A stretch of 64,000 nt of DNA from Eledone cirrhosa (GCA_964016885.1 OZ024740.1:132122001-132186000); one strand, 5' to 3'; positions 14,810 to 29,995 are shown, numbered from the stretch's first letter. The notes: generated by a model from the letters alone, not told the origin. Translations and numbers: made by a program.

Positions 14810-15152
14810 TGCGAATATGACGATGACAGTGCCAATAATTATAACAATATGGATGATGATGAAGAGAATGAAAATGGTGATGATAATGGTGAAGATGATT
14901 ATGATTATGTTGTTGATGTTAATAATCATAAAGATAATATTTGATTGGGGTGCTGCTTGTGCTACTTTCGCCAGCGATAAGGCTGTTGGTCGTCGTTTCT
15001 CTATCCATGGTCTTGATGAGCGTGAAGTAGACGTTAGTGCTGCTCTGGTTGAGGCGACGGTGATAATGACAAGGATGATGTTGATGAAAATGCTGATGAT
15101 TAAGATGATGAAAATGAGGGTCATGATGATAATGAGAATGACGTTGATGATT
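14810..15152. repeat. Degenerate (GAT/AAT)n low-complexity tract
   Basis: Runs of gatgatgat/gataat; produces the spurious Met/Ile-rich ORFs. Confidence 0.85.
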
Positions 15153-15624
15153 TCAAGAGAGAGGAAGGTAGGAGGGAGTGAGTGGACAAAATTTGGGCTA
15201 ATCGACAACAGTATGTGTTACTATAAAATTGAATTGAATGTGTCTTGCAGAGACTGTTTGCTGTACTTAGAATAGACACTTAAATCCTCTTTTAGCGTTG
15301 TTCAAATAATTATTGGTGTAATGTTGTACCTCATTAAGCCACATGCATATTTCAAATTTGTCACTATACTTTATTTTTAGAATTATAACAACCTTCCAGT
15401 TCAATAGGAATCCTATACACTAGATATATATGTGTGTCTTCTAAATACCTAATCTCAATCTGTTTAACTTTTAATGAGTAGTGGACAGATTGAACAATGT
15501 AAACCACTCAGCTTATCTTGTTTTATTCGTCCATTCAACCTTCTTATTTCACAGTTGTTTGTGAATGCCCCTGCAATATCTGTAATGCTATGCGAACTGT
15601 AATAATATATTTCAGTATACTAAG

Positions 15625-15783
15625 TTTTTTTCCTATACTACTTTCCAATGACTCGCAGAGTTCAATAAAAATCAGATTTTCTTAGGAAATTGAATGAAGT
15701 AAGGCGGAATCAACCGACTCTTCCTGATAATCAATTATTGTATTGCTGTACACTTCTAGTCATCTGAAACTCTTAAAATTCTG
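15625..15783 (-). pseudogene. Decayed cadherin-like exon
   Basis: RILRVSDD*KCTAIQ*LIIRKSRLIPPYFIQFPKKI*FLLN in a single frame; resembles VSDG..L.I.V..N.PP.F..LP..I.I.EN. Confidence 0.45.
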
Positions 15784-17029
15784 GATTCCCGTTCCCTGTG
15801 TGCCCTAGTTTTTGCTGGTTATGATTTGCGGCCTCCTACCATATAGAAAGTTATTGGAAATTCTCGTGCTACATGTTTTATATGTACGATCGAATTAAGC
15901 ACTTGATTATGTCTCCATGTTTATAATTCTACACTGCAAGAACGCAGAACGTGTTGCATTGTCAATCTACTGTGACAGAGTGCTCATTGGGGTTATCTGA
16001 TTTCACTATGTTCGTATTTGAGCGCAGGAGAAAATAGACAGCTCTTCAAAGAAAAACTGATTCTAAGAGGTGCCATTCCAACTGGGAGACTTCTAGCGTT
16101 CACCTTCCTACATCGTCCACAGGCCCTTTTCGTTCCGATCTACAATCCTCTGATGTCTTCTGGAATTCCCTTCTGTTTTCACCTCATGTAAAATTAGGTT
16201 TCTCTTCTTTTCACCACTGACCTCTGACCACCGTTTCATTGTTGTTACGCCTAATCCCTGCTTCTTGACCTGTGTATATCCCATTATGTTTCTGATCGCA
16301 AGGCGTTTATAAACATATAATATAATGTCAGAAATCTTACATCGTACAACAGCAAATATTGTATGATACGGTGATAACCGAATACCCGAAGTTCAGTCGT
16401 TTACAAACCATAGATTCGAAGACAGAAATTAATGCATGAGCACTTATACATAGTCATAGTGTCAAATACGTTTTAAAATTGGCTTCATTCATATTTAACA
16501 TTCGATCAGCGGTCTGCCATGTAATAATGTACAGAAATATTCATTCTTACCATCTGTTGTCTTACTTAATATTGTGCAGAATATAACGTTGTTTTTCACA
16601 TGACAGAATATATATATACAATGAGGCCTACATATTTACGTTTACGGTTCTATGATGCAAATAATGAAAAATCGTTAAACAGCAGGAGATGACACAGTGA
16701 TGAACAGGATGTGTTAAACAACTCTTGATTTGCATTTGTATATCACTACTGCTCAGTAATATTCGAGTTACGTTGAAGACATTTCTATCTCGCTAACTTT
16801 GTCAAAAATCTGCATGTTTATATGACACATATAGATATAATCATGCGACCTGATGAAATTATAATTAGATTACCAACCGCAATTTCTAATTCTGAAATGA
16901 GATCTAAAAATGTATGCCGCGTTGACAACTGCGTAATACAGCAATAATACAGACAGGCACACACACGCACCCAACTGCACACACGCGTTCATATACTCAC
17001 CCCGCCCATATATATATATATATATATAT

Positions 17030-17225
17030 ATAGGAACAAGTAAGACCCCGACGGCTGAGCTCAAGCCGTTTCGACGGCTAATTCTGGACTGAATTAGCCG
17101 TCGAAACGGCTTGAGCTCAGCCGTCGGGGACTTACTTGTTCCTATTACCCACTCTACTACCCTAAGTATTGACTACTTTGGTGCGTTATGGTCCACCTGG
17201 TTCCTTACCACATTTCCTTCGTTAT
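17030..17225 (+). mobile_element. Fold-back 3'-end fragment of PLE family B with the 3' half of a hammerhead
   Basis: 55-bp arms (1 mismatch) around loop tggact. The arm contains GAAACGGC-ttgagctca-GCCGTC. Tail 17145-17225 matches 33787-33865 and 60767-60848 (both inverted). Confidence 0.85.
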
Positions 17226-17273
17226 ATATATATATATATATATATAATGAAAGAGTTAATATACTCACCCCGC

Positions 17274-17346
<73 letters not shown>

Positions 17347-17879
17347 AAGAGACAGTTTATTTCAGTGATACATTTATACTTTTGTTATAGTTATATATAT
17401 ATAGTATGTAATAGTTACGACCTCATCAGACAGCTGTTGTATAATCGTCTGTTCAACATGTGATATGTCCCGCGCGGGTTTTGATGTTATGCTTGTCTTG
17501 ATCAATCTAAGAATCTCTAGCATGTATCGCTTACTCTGGTGTGTACGTTCAATCTGATTGGTCGATTTTTAATTAAGTTATTGATCATTCCATTTTGGAT
17601 TTAAGGTTTATTTGAATTGTATTTTTTTTAATTAAAATTAAACTTTAATTCACACTGCGTTAGGTATTTGAGAAACCATAGGAGTACTATTAATTATAGT
17701 ATCCGTTGCACCTGATGTGAAATGTTCTTCAGCAATATTGATGGCCAGCTTCTTGTTGTCCCGATATTTCTATAGGAATAACAAAATATTTGAATATTTG
17801 TGTTCAGTAGATGGTGCTAAATCGAGACATTCAATGTGGAATTTGTAGCTGATATGTTATTATTTAACTTGTTAGAAGG

Positions 17880-18320
17880 CGGTTTCCAACATGCAATTGA
17901 TAGGTTAAAAAAAAAGTTTTGTATGGCTGAAATGAAAATCAATGCTCCGAAGATCGAAACTCGTTTAATCTCAAGGAAGACTGCGCAGTGCCTTCTACAC
18001 GTAAACGGAGTCCCACAGAAGCAGGATGAGAAGTTCAAATATGTTCACGAGTGATGGAAGGCACGAGGCTGAATTAAGAGGAAGAATCGTATAAACTGCC
18101 GCTGTAGTGCGCAAGCTTCAGCATTCAGTAATCACAAGAAATGATATATAAAGGCCAAATTAGCTACCTTCAATCAGGTATCCGTGCCAACTCTTACCTA
18201 TGGTGTTGAATCTTGGGTAATGGCCGAAATTAAACGATCACGATTACAATCAGCCGAAATCGGAATCATCTAAAGGGTACGTTGTGTAACGTTCCACGAT
18301 AGAGTGCATAGCTCGTTTAC
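17880..18320 (+). mobile_element. RTE-clade LINE fragment (RT C-terminal)
   Basis: MKINAPKIET..LHVNG..DEKFKY, then LTYGVESW..RSRLQSAEI. Confidence 0.7.
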
Positions 18321-18496
18321 CTGGTCTGTCACGTAAATCAGGCTGTGGCTGACAGCACGAAATATTGCGATTATTTTTTTTTTCAAGTGTTGGAAAATGT
18401 TTTATCAGAAGATTTAAGCATTAGAAGCACATAGGTGTGTGTGGGATTAAATTAGTAGCATTCATATATGTGTGTGTGTGTGTGTGTGTGTGTTAC

Positions 18497-18763
18497 GTGT
18501 ACAACTACAGTTATAGGCGATGCGACGTACGAAGAACTCAATGCTGTTATGAGCTGTGACTCTTGCTGAGTAGTATTGCAGATTTAAGCCGGCTGCAGTG
18601 CACAGACAGTAAAAAGAGTATATAGAATCAAAATCTGTGTTGAAAAATATACAGAAATATACTAGAATATTAGAATTGGTTCCATATCGATCAGCCCAGG
18701 GTAAAATCAAAATCACGTAGCTTGATTCTTCTTGTACATATACTCAGATATACGAGTTTATAT
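18497..18763 (-). pseudogene. Decayed cadherin-like exon
   Basis: tatttccag acceptor; INSYI*VYVQEESSYVILILPWADRYGTNSNILVY resembles Y..V.EN..V..A.D.D.G.N..I.Y. Confidence 0.45.
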
Positions 18764-19523
18764 CTGGAAATACACATACAAATTGTTAACAGATGACGCA
18801 GGGCCTTTTTATATACACACATAGTAATATGTGTATATAAACTCGCATTTTTAGGTCGAAAAAGTGGGAGTTAAGGCACTTGCCTGATTTCAACTTTAAA
18901 ATGAAATCAAAGCACAAAAAACGGTATAAACATTAAATTGGTTAAGTTACGTTTAAAGACAGAAGATTGTGAATAACTACCATTATTGAGAATCGAAGTT
19001 CATATTTCACCGCTTCCGATTGTGTGCCCCCTGGCAACATTGCTTATTATAAATGATTTTCGAACACTCTCATTTATACAGATGTCTGCGTTGGAATTCT
19101 AACATTTCAAATTTCAAATCTTTAAAGTTCTAACATAAAATATTTGTCAATTCTCGCTGAAACCCACAAAGGCTGTTATAAACCTCCCTAAATTGGACAG
19201 AAAATGATGTCAACCGCCTTAGGCTGTGATGGTACGGCACTCCGCCAAAATGTTTAGCGAACGGGAGTTCGATATACTGCAGTGGGTGTTCAGGTCTTTC
19301 TGTCCCTCAAGTTATTTTACGTCACTTTTTTAATTTAATATTTATAGCAATTTATGCATTTGGATTCCTACAGACAAACACACACACACACACAACTGTC
19401 CCCTCCCCCCATATATATATATATATATATATATATATGGAAATAATTACAACAGTTTATACTAAAATCGTCATCTGGACTGAGTGCTCTTACTCTTGGA
19501 TATTTCCACTTAACTTTTACTTC

Positions 19524-19610
<87 letters not shown>

Positions 19611-19623
19611 GTATATATATATA

Positions 19624-20020
19624 TACGAGGGCAATCCCAAAAGTAAGGTCTCCTTGCGATATTGCAACTTTTCCGTTAAAATCCTGTGGGTGGTGCTTCG
19701 GGAAACCTCAGGAACCAAAATGCAGAGAGCATCCAGAGTGGTCCACCAATCTTTATGCATGTTTTCCAAGAAAGGAGACCTTACTTTTGGGATTATCCTC
19801 TATATAATAACTGCGCGAAATTCGCACTTGTCGGTGGCTTTCAACGGGAGCTCCATTCACAACGGCTGCCAAGCCAAGATTGAGCATCCCAGCGAAGCGC
19901 ACGCTTGCATGTTTGGGAGTGAAGGAAGCACCAATCACAACAGTGTTGTCAACAGCCGTACGAACAGTTTATCTGCGTCACAATAGCTTGGTAGACCTTA
20001 CTTTTGGGATTACCCTCGTA
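19624..20020 (-). mobile_element. Internally deleted mariner (Tc1/mariner) element
   Basis: TA-cgagggcaatcccaaaagtaaggtct ... agaccttacttttgggattaccctcg-TA TIRs. Remnant [30 protein letters not shown] resembles a mariner HTH. A third TIR copy lies at 19773-19801. Confidence 0.85.
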
Positions 20021-20292
20021 TATATATATATGTATATATATATTATTCAAAATGATAACAAATGAAAAATGTTTGCATAATCAAAATATATACTGTATTA
20101 TATATATCTCAAAGGTACTGTATTCTTTTTTAACTACGTCCTCACCAGACAAAATATATGATTTGATATATGACATACCGCTACGGTCTTGATTATTCAA
20201 TTCCCGTATTGATACAGAATGAAAGAGTTCTAGTCCTGTAGAATCTCATCTATATTAAAACGTAATATATATATATATATATATATATATAT

Positions 20293-21405
20293 CATTATCA
20301 TCATCATCATCATCCTTTTACGTCCGGTTTTCCCTGCTTGCAAGGGCTGGACGGGTCCTATTCAGGACAGCATCTCTCCACTTGTCACGGTCCTTCGTCA
20401 TCTCCTCGGTGAGTTTCAGCGATCTGAGGTCTGCTCTCACCACCTCCGCCCATGTTTGACGGGGTCTACCTCTCCTTCGTCTTCCTTCTACTGGCATTTC
20501 TTGGCACTTCTTTTCCAGCGGTCATTCTCCATGCGCATCACATGTCCATATCATCTCAGCCCTCCTGCACACCACAACTTATCCCTCTTATACCCAGTTT
20601 CTTTCTCAACTTGTCCATGCTTGGTTGTTCACGCACATTGACATTGCACATCCAACGGAGCATACTTGCTTCATTTCTCTCCAGCCTTCGCATATCCTCT
20701 GCAGTGGCGGCACATGTCTCACTACCATGCAGCATCGTGCATCTCACACAATCATCATATAACCATCCTTTCGTATGCATGGAAAAACCCTTATTTGTCA
20801 ACAAAGGAAGCAGCTTCCTAAACTCGTCCTTATTCTCGATACTATGGCCTCTGAACACTCCCCTCCCATGCTAATCTGATCACCTAGGTACCGGAAGCTA
20901 TCAACCACTTCTATAGAAGCCACCTGCATTGGAAAAATGTGTCTATAACTGCGATTAATACTGCCAACTTTCCCTGTACATCTACTGCATACGTAGTTTT
21001 CCCTACATTTTAGTTTGCCTGCTATCCCACTACATATCTTGTGTACCCAAGATCTGCATTGAGTACATTTTATGGAATTTATGCCAGTTCCTTTCCTACA
21101 TATCGAACATGGCCATTTCCCTGATGGAATCGGTGCATTATCCTCTCCTCTACTTATCAACACTTATGTCTTAGTTATGTTCACTCTCAGTCCTCTTGAT
21201 TCCAACTGCTGTTTCCATAGCCAGAATTTATTCTCTAGCTCCTCTACTGATTCTGCTATAACAGCATATAGAAGTTCCCATGTTCATCCAGTCTTAAACT
21301 CCTCTGTTATGGCTTGGAGGACTATAATAAACAAGAGCGGGTTGAGGACCGAACACTGATGTACACCTATTTGTATCTGGAATTTCTCACCAAACTCCAT
21401 ACCAT
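20293..21405 (-). mobile_element. RTE-clade LINE, 5'-truncated, with PHD-like finger and (ATG)n tail
   Basis: QCSVLNPLLF, KWPCSICRKG..SIKCTQCRSWVHKICSG, FRYLG, MLHGSET, MLRWMCNV. (cat)n tail at 20293-20314 next to (TA)n. Confidence 0.9.
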
Positions 21406-21717
21406 GTATCACGCCTTACACCTTTCGGTTGTCATATTTAGGATTTAATATGTTACTACGAAAAGAATGAATCACTATATTTCTTATTACTAATATTGGT
21501 GTTGTTGCTGATTTTGATATTCAATATTATTAAGTATTACTCTAGTGTAGAAATGGACAATGTCACAAGTAACTTATATTTATTTGCAAAACAAACAGCT
21601 CTGCTCTTAGAAAATGTGACTTTGGAACTATACTGTTGTCATGTTAAAAATATTATTTATACGTTACAATTAACCATCCCTAGAACAATTTCAAGCTATT
21701 ATATAGAGTGATATAAT

Positions 21718-21895
21718 GGGTGGTGGATTGGCAGTTTCGATAGAAGGTCGGACGCCATGCTTTGCAGCATAGAGATGAACTTTGCTTTCATCCTTACGGG
21801 GTCGATAAAATTAAATACCAGTCAAGCACTGGGGCCGATTTAACCGAATTTCCCCTCCCCCAATTGTGATCGTCTTGTGCCTATATAACAAAGAT
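21718..21895 (+). mobile_element. tRNA-derived SINE
   Basis: A-box-like head gggtggtggattggcag plus core ctttgctttcatccttacggggtcgataaa..taccagt. Confidence 0.8.
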
Positions 21896-22278
21896 TATAT
21901 AGAGTGATTAAATGCTATCATATATTTCAAATCGTAATAGCAAGTGTAAAAAATTATTGACAGATTAGATATTTCACAGATTATGGAATTGAACAGTGTA
22001 AGATTTTGTATTAATATTTTGTTTCTAGTATTTCTTCCAACGATATATTTACACCAGTGTACATCAATTTTTATCATTCTTACATCAGTTTATATACGTC
22101 TCAACATGGTTATAGCTTTACAGCCAAAGTTTCACTCAAAAGTGTGCATGTCTCACATTGCCTAACAGAAGATAGCTCATGTAGTCATTATATCAGCTTC
22201 ATGAGCAGCAATAATTTCATTGGTACATACGAAATATGTAAAATCATGTATAATGAGAATGGATAAACACACACGAAC

Positions 22279-22326
<48 letters not shown>

Positions 22327-22329
<3 letters not shown>

Positions 22330-22797
22330 TTGTAATAAAATGAAAACGAAATTTCATTTCTCACTCTTAGTACGGCACTTACTTAGATGTAAGTATGTAT
22401 GTATACGTACATACATATATGTATACAGACGTACAGTAGCATGCATATATATATATATATATATATATACATACAGGTACACATACATATATGCACGTAT
22501 CAGTTTAGCGGACGCTTATTATAACGCCCACTTTGTTCGTTTGTAAACAAACTGAACAGCCTGAATTTATGCCGCATGGTGCTAAGGCAACCACGTCACC
22601 TTTTTGTTCAACACTGACACAGGAACGATGTACTAGTTTCAAGCTTGTTAGCTATCATCAGCACCGTATACCCTTCTGCCAGATGGTTGAACGTTCGAAA
22701 GTATATATTTTCCTTATGAAAATTGACGGCTGAGCAGCCTAATTTGCATATCGAGTGAGTCCAGACGGCCAGGCGTACCGAAACGATAAGTTGTAAT

Positions 22798-22801
<4 letters not shown>
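22327..22801 (-). mobile_element. HHR-bearing non-coding repeat family R1 (retrozyme-like), ~1.03 units
   Basis: Starts and ends with aagttgtaataaaa (period 461). HHR at 22625-22667. Confidence 0.8.
22625..22667 (-). ncRNA. Minimal type I hammerhead, family R1
   Basis: acggtg-CTGATGA-tagct-aaca-agctt-GAAA-ctag-TA-catcgt. Confidence 0.9.
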
Positions 22802-23503
<702 letters not shown>

Positions 23504-23685
23504 GTATTTATTATTTGCAATTACTGTTTTTATATTGCAATAATATTCTAACATTATTTTGATTTCCATTTGCATATTATATCTATAAAATAATCATTTA
23601 GAAAGGAAATAACAAATGTATAATAAACTAAAAAGTAATGAGCAACGAATACTGTTGAATGTTGATGTGAGAAGTTCTTTTCTGT

Positions 23686-23785
<100 letters not shown>

Positions 23786-24691
23786 TGTATACACATAGAG
23801 AGAGAAAAGCACCTTTAGGCATCCTACCAAAACATTTTTATTTGAAGTGATGAAGAAAAGGGAGGATTTTGAAAAGTTGTTTCTGTATTGATTCGTCTAG
23901 AACCTCCTGTGAATAGATTGCTGTTGCTTGCTGATTGAAAGACATATACTAAACAAAGCAAAAGTAAAAGTATGAAACAGATATTAAAACAACGTCATTG
24001 AACACATGTAAAAGAAAATGATTCCTTCATTATTTTCAACGTAATTGTTATGCGCTGTTCGTAATCAAGTAATTTGTTCGGAGACCAGACCTACAGAAAT
24101 AAACGCCTTGAGGGTAGATTCCTGCTAGAATCAAGAATATTACTTGCTTCTGCTTTTAATTACGCTTCGACTATGAGACTATTCGATCAGTCATAACTTT
24201 CGTAGGGATCAGACGTCTAGTTCAAATAATAAATCTATATATTGGTTTCTGTACGTCTTTATGTTTATGTTTGATGATTTGTATCATATTTATGTTTTTG
24301 TTTTGTATCAATATATTGTCCATTCATTTGCTGCAATCAATATGCAATCAATCAGCACATGCTTTGTTCCATATAAATAAGTATACTCTCCTAATTTTCC
24401 CAAAACTTTGCCTGGGTCATGTTTATCCATCTTTACATATCATATAGCATGCTATTTATTTCTATATTAATATAAATCTATTCCTTTCTGTACCTAATAC
24501 TTGGGCATACTTTTTTTATTTTCCTCTCCATTCCACCAATTTTTCTCCACTCCGCCATCCATATTTATGATGTTCACACCCATTATTTAAAAAGCAATGT
24601 TTTCGTCTTAAAGTAAAGTAATTTCCTGATATTTGTTTTGTTTAAATGTTCTTCATTAAATAATATTCATCATATTGGTGCATTTGCTTAC

Positions 24692-24976
24692 ATATGTAGA
24701 TGCTGAGAGTGCGATGCATTTTTTATTGGGATAAAATGTTTAAATTTTCTCAATGACATTAGCAGTATAGGCCCATCAAAATACATTTTTTCTGTGTCCG
24801 TAGCATCTTTTTTCATATTCGTTATTCCCATTTGAGTTGAGGTTTACCTTCTTTTAATCCTATACGAATGGAATACATTTGATTGCGAATGTGTAACTCA
24901 TAATCTCTAATCGTAGACGAGAGTTTCTAGACTTTATATATTTCTGTTACACTGTAAAGCATGTATTGTATTGCAC
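24692..24976 (-). pseudogene. Decayed cadherin-like exon (best example)
   Basis: ttattcag acceptor and GTAAG donor. AIQYMLYSVTEIYKV*KLSSTIRDYELHIRNQMYSIRIGLKEGKPQL then, with frameshifts, YFDG/YTANVIE and IALSAS; cadherin motifs (I.Y.L, LDYE, Y.L.I..D.G.P.L, F..Y.A.V.E) are in the correct order. Confidence 0.55.
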
Positions 24977-25131
24977 CTGAATAATGAAGCATATTACCAT
25001 ACTGTTAACAACCGGCATAATTTAAGCCAGTAGAAACGGCTAGGATAGTATATTCAAAATGCTTCCAAATATCCATGGATGGCCATATTTGGAGGCACTG
25101 CCAATTAAATATAACGTTATCGTTAGGTGGG

Positions 25132-26032
<901 letters not shown>

Positions 26033-26066
26033 ACATTTGAATGGATACAGTTTAGTTGAAGGGAAT

Positions 26067-26187
26067 TTATTGACACGTGTTTCTATAACAGTTACATAAC
26101 CTGCAAACAGCTGCTATCTACAAAGCATTAGTTATGCAGACATTCAATATTTCAAAGTTATTATTTACTGTCATTTCATCACACTAA
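26067..26187 (-). ncRNA. Degenerate type I hammerhead with ~92-nt stem II
   Basis: ttagt-GTGATGA-a-atgacagt...actgttat-a-GAAA-cacgtg-TC-aataa. C3 is changed to G; palindromic stem III; GUC triplet. Confidence 0.65.
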
Positions 26188-26679
26188 TATTACTTGTTTC
26201 TACTTTAGGCACAAGGCCAGCAATTACCCAGTGCATTACTGCTGAGGACCTGTTTGGTTTTTATAGAGAATATTAGGAGGGAGGGCTGAAGTTGTTAGAA
26301 GAATAGTTGAGGGAGTGGTTTTTTGATAGCAGTGAGAATTTTTGGTGGCAGTGAGTAATTAGATTTCCATCTGTTGTTTTGACATTTTTATAGAATATAT
26401 TATTGGTTATTTTTCTAAATCTATAGAAGGATTAGAGATAGTAAAGATATGCGTGGTTGGTTTTGTGTTTGCACTTAATTAACATTCAGACTTAAATTTT
26501 TCTTTCAAGTGTACGTATCCTTTCACCCACGCATTCACACACAAACATATTTGCACACCTCGACAAAATACATATACTCACATTCACATAGTAACATGTT
26601 CATACTTACATACATATACACATGCATACATATATATATACACACATGTATTCATGTACATACATACGCTAGTCTATGT

Positions 26680-26702
26680 GTATATATATACATATACATA
26701 TA

Positions 26703-26800
<98 letters not shown>

Positions 26801-26997
26801 CACTTTAATACATGAATACACTTACATCTAACTATACACATCAAACATATATATATATTTACTTATTTATATACATTTTCACATATATATACATACTTAT
26901 GGTCGCTTTTAGACACGTTCATTATCGCATTTTTGCACCTATTTTCATCAGCAATTCTTCCCATTATTAGTGTGGTAATTTGAGGTTATTAATATAC

Positions 26998-27055
<58 letters not shown>

Positions 27056-27057
27056 AA

Positions 27058-27126
<69 letters not shown>

Positions 27127-27152
27127 TGTATACGTATATATATATGTGTATA

Positions 27153-27202
<50 letters not shown>

Positions 27203-27237
27203 TATATATATTGTATACATATATAAATATATATATG

Positions 27238-27269
<32 letters not shown>

Positions 27270-27329
27270 AATATATATAAATATATATATGTATACATAT
27301 ATAAATATATATATGTATATATAAATATA

Positions 27330-27374
<45 letters not shown>

Positions 27375-27416
27375 GTATATATATGTGTGTGTATATATAT
27401 ATAAATATATATATAA

Positions 27417-27465
<49 letters not shown>

Positions 27466-27538
27466 TATATATGTATATATATAAATATATATATGTATAT
27501 ATATATATAAATATATATATGTATATATATATATATAA

Positions 27539-27593
<55 letters not shown>

Positions 27594-27649
27594 TATATAT
27601 ATAAATATATATAAATATATATATATATAAATTTATAAATATATATATG

Positions 27650-27740
<91 letters not shown>
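26680..27740. repeat. Compound (TA)n satellite
   Basis: Interrupted TA arrays. Confidence 0.95.
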
Positions 27741-27742
<2 letters not shown>

Positions 27743-28427
27743 TGGTAAACGGAATAGAAAATGCTGACAAATTCGTTCACAGTTGAAAAATCGTTTAATT
27801 AGGAATAAAAGAGTATTAGTAATTGTATGGGTTAGTATTCAGTTGTGGTTTTACGCTTTTAAGTCTTTACCGGTTGCGCATTTCTAAATGCTTTTCAAAA
27901 ATAATTTTGAGATAGAGTGCCCGTGTTGTTTGCTCTGATCTGATTAGTTTTGGGAATTCTACCTGTTTTTATGTTAAAAAAGTTCGTCCAGCGCTACTTT
28001 GGTGTTGCAAAAATTCTTGTGGTCAGAACAATTTTGATTGCTCGGTAGAGGTCATGTGAATGTAAAAAATTGATTTTGCGCCAAGACTGTTTTTATGTTA
28101 AAAAAGTGGCTCTATAAAACATTTAAATACTTGAATACAGGAAAATACCATTGAGTGAACACATTGATACCTTTGCCGCCCAAAATCATCCCAACTTCAG
28201 AATGTTTCCCCTCTACAAATTTAAAGATAATGCCACCCACACCCAGCGCATCAACAAGGAATCTTACTTCATTAACAAATACGGACCCCGTCTAAACACT
28301 TCTCCCTAAGACGAACCCACAACATACACACTTCAACATACATACCTACATCAGCACACATCTCTACCCACATATAAACACAATGATATACATAAACACA
28401 CGTGCTCTATGGTGCAATACAAAAAAA

Positions 28428-28477
<50 letters not shown>

Positions 28478-29470
28478 ATATATGTATGTATATATATATA
28501 TAGTGAATATCATTTCACACCTTTTATTGTTAAGCTTTTTGATGTTCTATTAAGAGAACCGATTTTACTGAAGAAATCGAATAATGTACACCATTTTACC
28601 AGGGGGAAAAAAATACTGGTCCACCCACACACACACACACACATTCTGACACACACACACACACATATATACACACACACATACACACGCGTACATTAAC
28701 ATACAAAGAGACTTATACACACACACACACACGCACTTCTCCGTATAAGACTAAAGCTGAAAAATATCATTTGACATGCTAAAATACCCCCCATTGCTTA
28801 CAGACACATTCTTACTGACCATCCCTGCTACTACGAATTACTCTGCTATACACACACACACACACAACACACACACACACTTATCTTAATAGCCATTTGA
28901 CACACATCCCTGTTAACCATTATCACAACATCGAACACGTTACTACTACTACACACACATATTTGTTGTGAAAGAGTCATTTCTCAATCTTGGCGCAAAA
29001 CCAATTTTTTATTCACATGACCTCTACCGACCAATCAAAATTGTTTTGACGAAGAATTTTTGCTGGAGCCACTTTTTTAACATTTTAACATAAAAACAGT
29101 CTTGGCGCAAAATCAACTTTTTACATTCACATGACCTCTACCGACCAATCAAAATTGTTTTGACCACAAGCATTTTTGCAACACAAAAATAACGCTGGAG
29201 CCACATTTTTAACATAAAAACAGGTAGAATTCCCAAAACTAATCAGATCAGAGCAAACAGCACGGACACTCTATCTCAAAATTATTTTTAAAAAGCATTT
29301 AGAAATGCGCAACCGGTAAAAACTTAAAAACTTAAAACCACAACTGAATACTAACCCATACAATTACTAATACTCTTTTATTCCTAATTAAACCATTTTT
29401 CAACTGTGAAAAATTTGTCAGCATTTTCTATTCCGTTTACCAATATATAATAACTTGTGTGTTACACCTC
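27738..29470 (+). mobile_element. PLE family C remnant with ~370-bp inverted arms
   Basis: 28151-28309 translates LSEHIDTF..FRMFPLYK..RINKESYFINKYGPRLN* (GIY-YIG C-terminus). 27738-28110 is inverted relative to ~29085-29447. Confidence 0.8.
27864..27903 (-). ncRNA. Variant hammerhead-like motif (UUGAAAA ... GCAA)
   Basis: tattt-TTGAAAA-gcattt-ag-aaatgc-GCAA-ccgg-TA-aagac. The sister copy at 29283-29322 (+) has an additional G5A change. Confidence 0.55.
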
Positions 29471-29481
29471 TATTCTTTTAA

Positions 29482-29521
<40 letters not shown>

Positions 29522-29649
29522 ATATCCACGGTTAGTTGTGGGGCGTAGTCTGCATGAAAAACTCAATGTAGTCCATATGTTGAAAATGTTGTAGGTTAAA
29601 ATAAATCCCGGAAAACAATAAAACCTCAAAAGGAAAACAGAGTCATGAT

Positions 29650-29992
29650 ATAAGTTAAAACAAGGAAATGAAAATTCAAGTCATTAGGAATATACTTCAC
29701 TACTTTACAAACGTTTCTAGGTGATAATAATACATCGTTCGCATATTTCGTTATCGATCTATGTAAGGTTTGTTACAAAATATCAAATAAGGAATATATT
29801 TACCTACGTGTATATCGTCTGTTTTGACAACGGCTGACGATATATTCCTTATTTGAAATTGATATTCTGTAACTAACCTTACATAGATCGATAACGAAAT
29901 ATGCGTACGATGTATTATTATCACCGAGAAACCATCGTAAAGCAGTGAAGTATATTCCCAATGACTTGAATTTTTATTTCATTGTTTTAACG

Positions 29993-29995
<3 letters not shown>
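29650..29995. repeat. Fold-back element (~150-bp arms) with the 3' half of a hammerhead
   Basis: 29650-29798 is inverted relative to 29841-29995. The arms read GAAAccatcgTA and GAAAcgtttgTA (implied ancestor GAAAcgatcgTA). Confidence 0.7.

Noticed and set aside
14771-15275. Met/Ile-rich ORFs on both strands
   Set aside because: Products of a (GAT)n low-complexity tract.
16845-16910. CTGATGA...GAAA spacing suggestive of an HHR
   Set aside because: Stems I and III cannot be formed.
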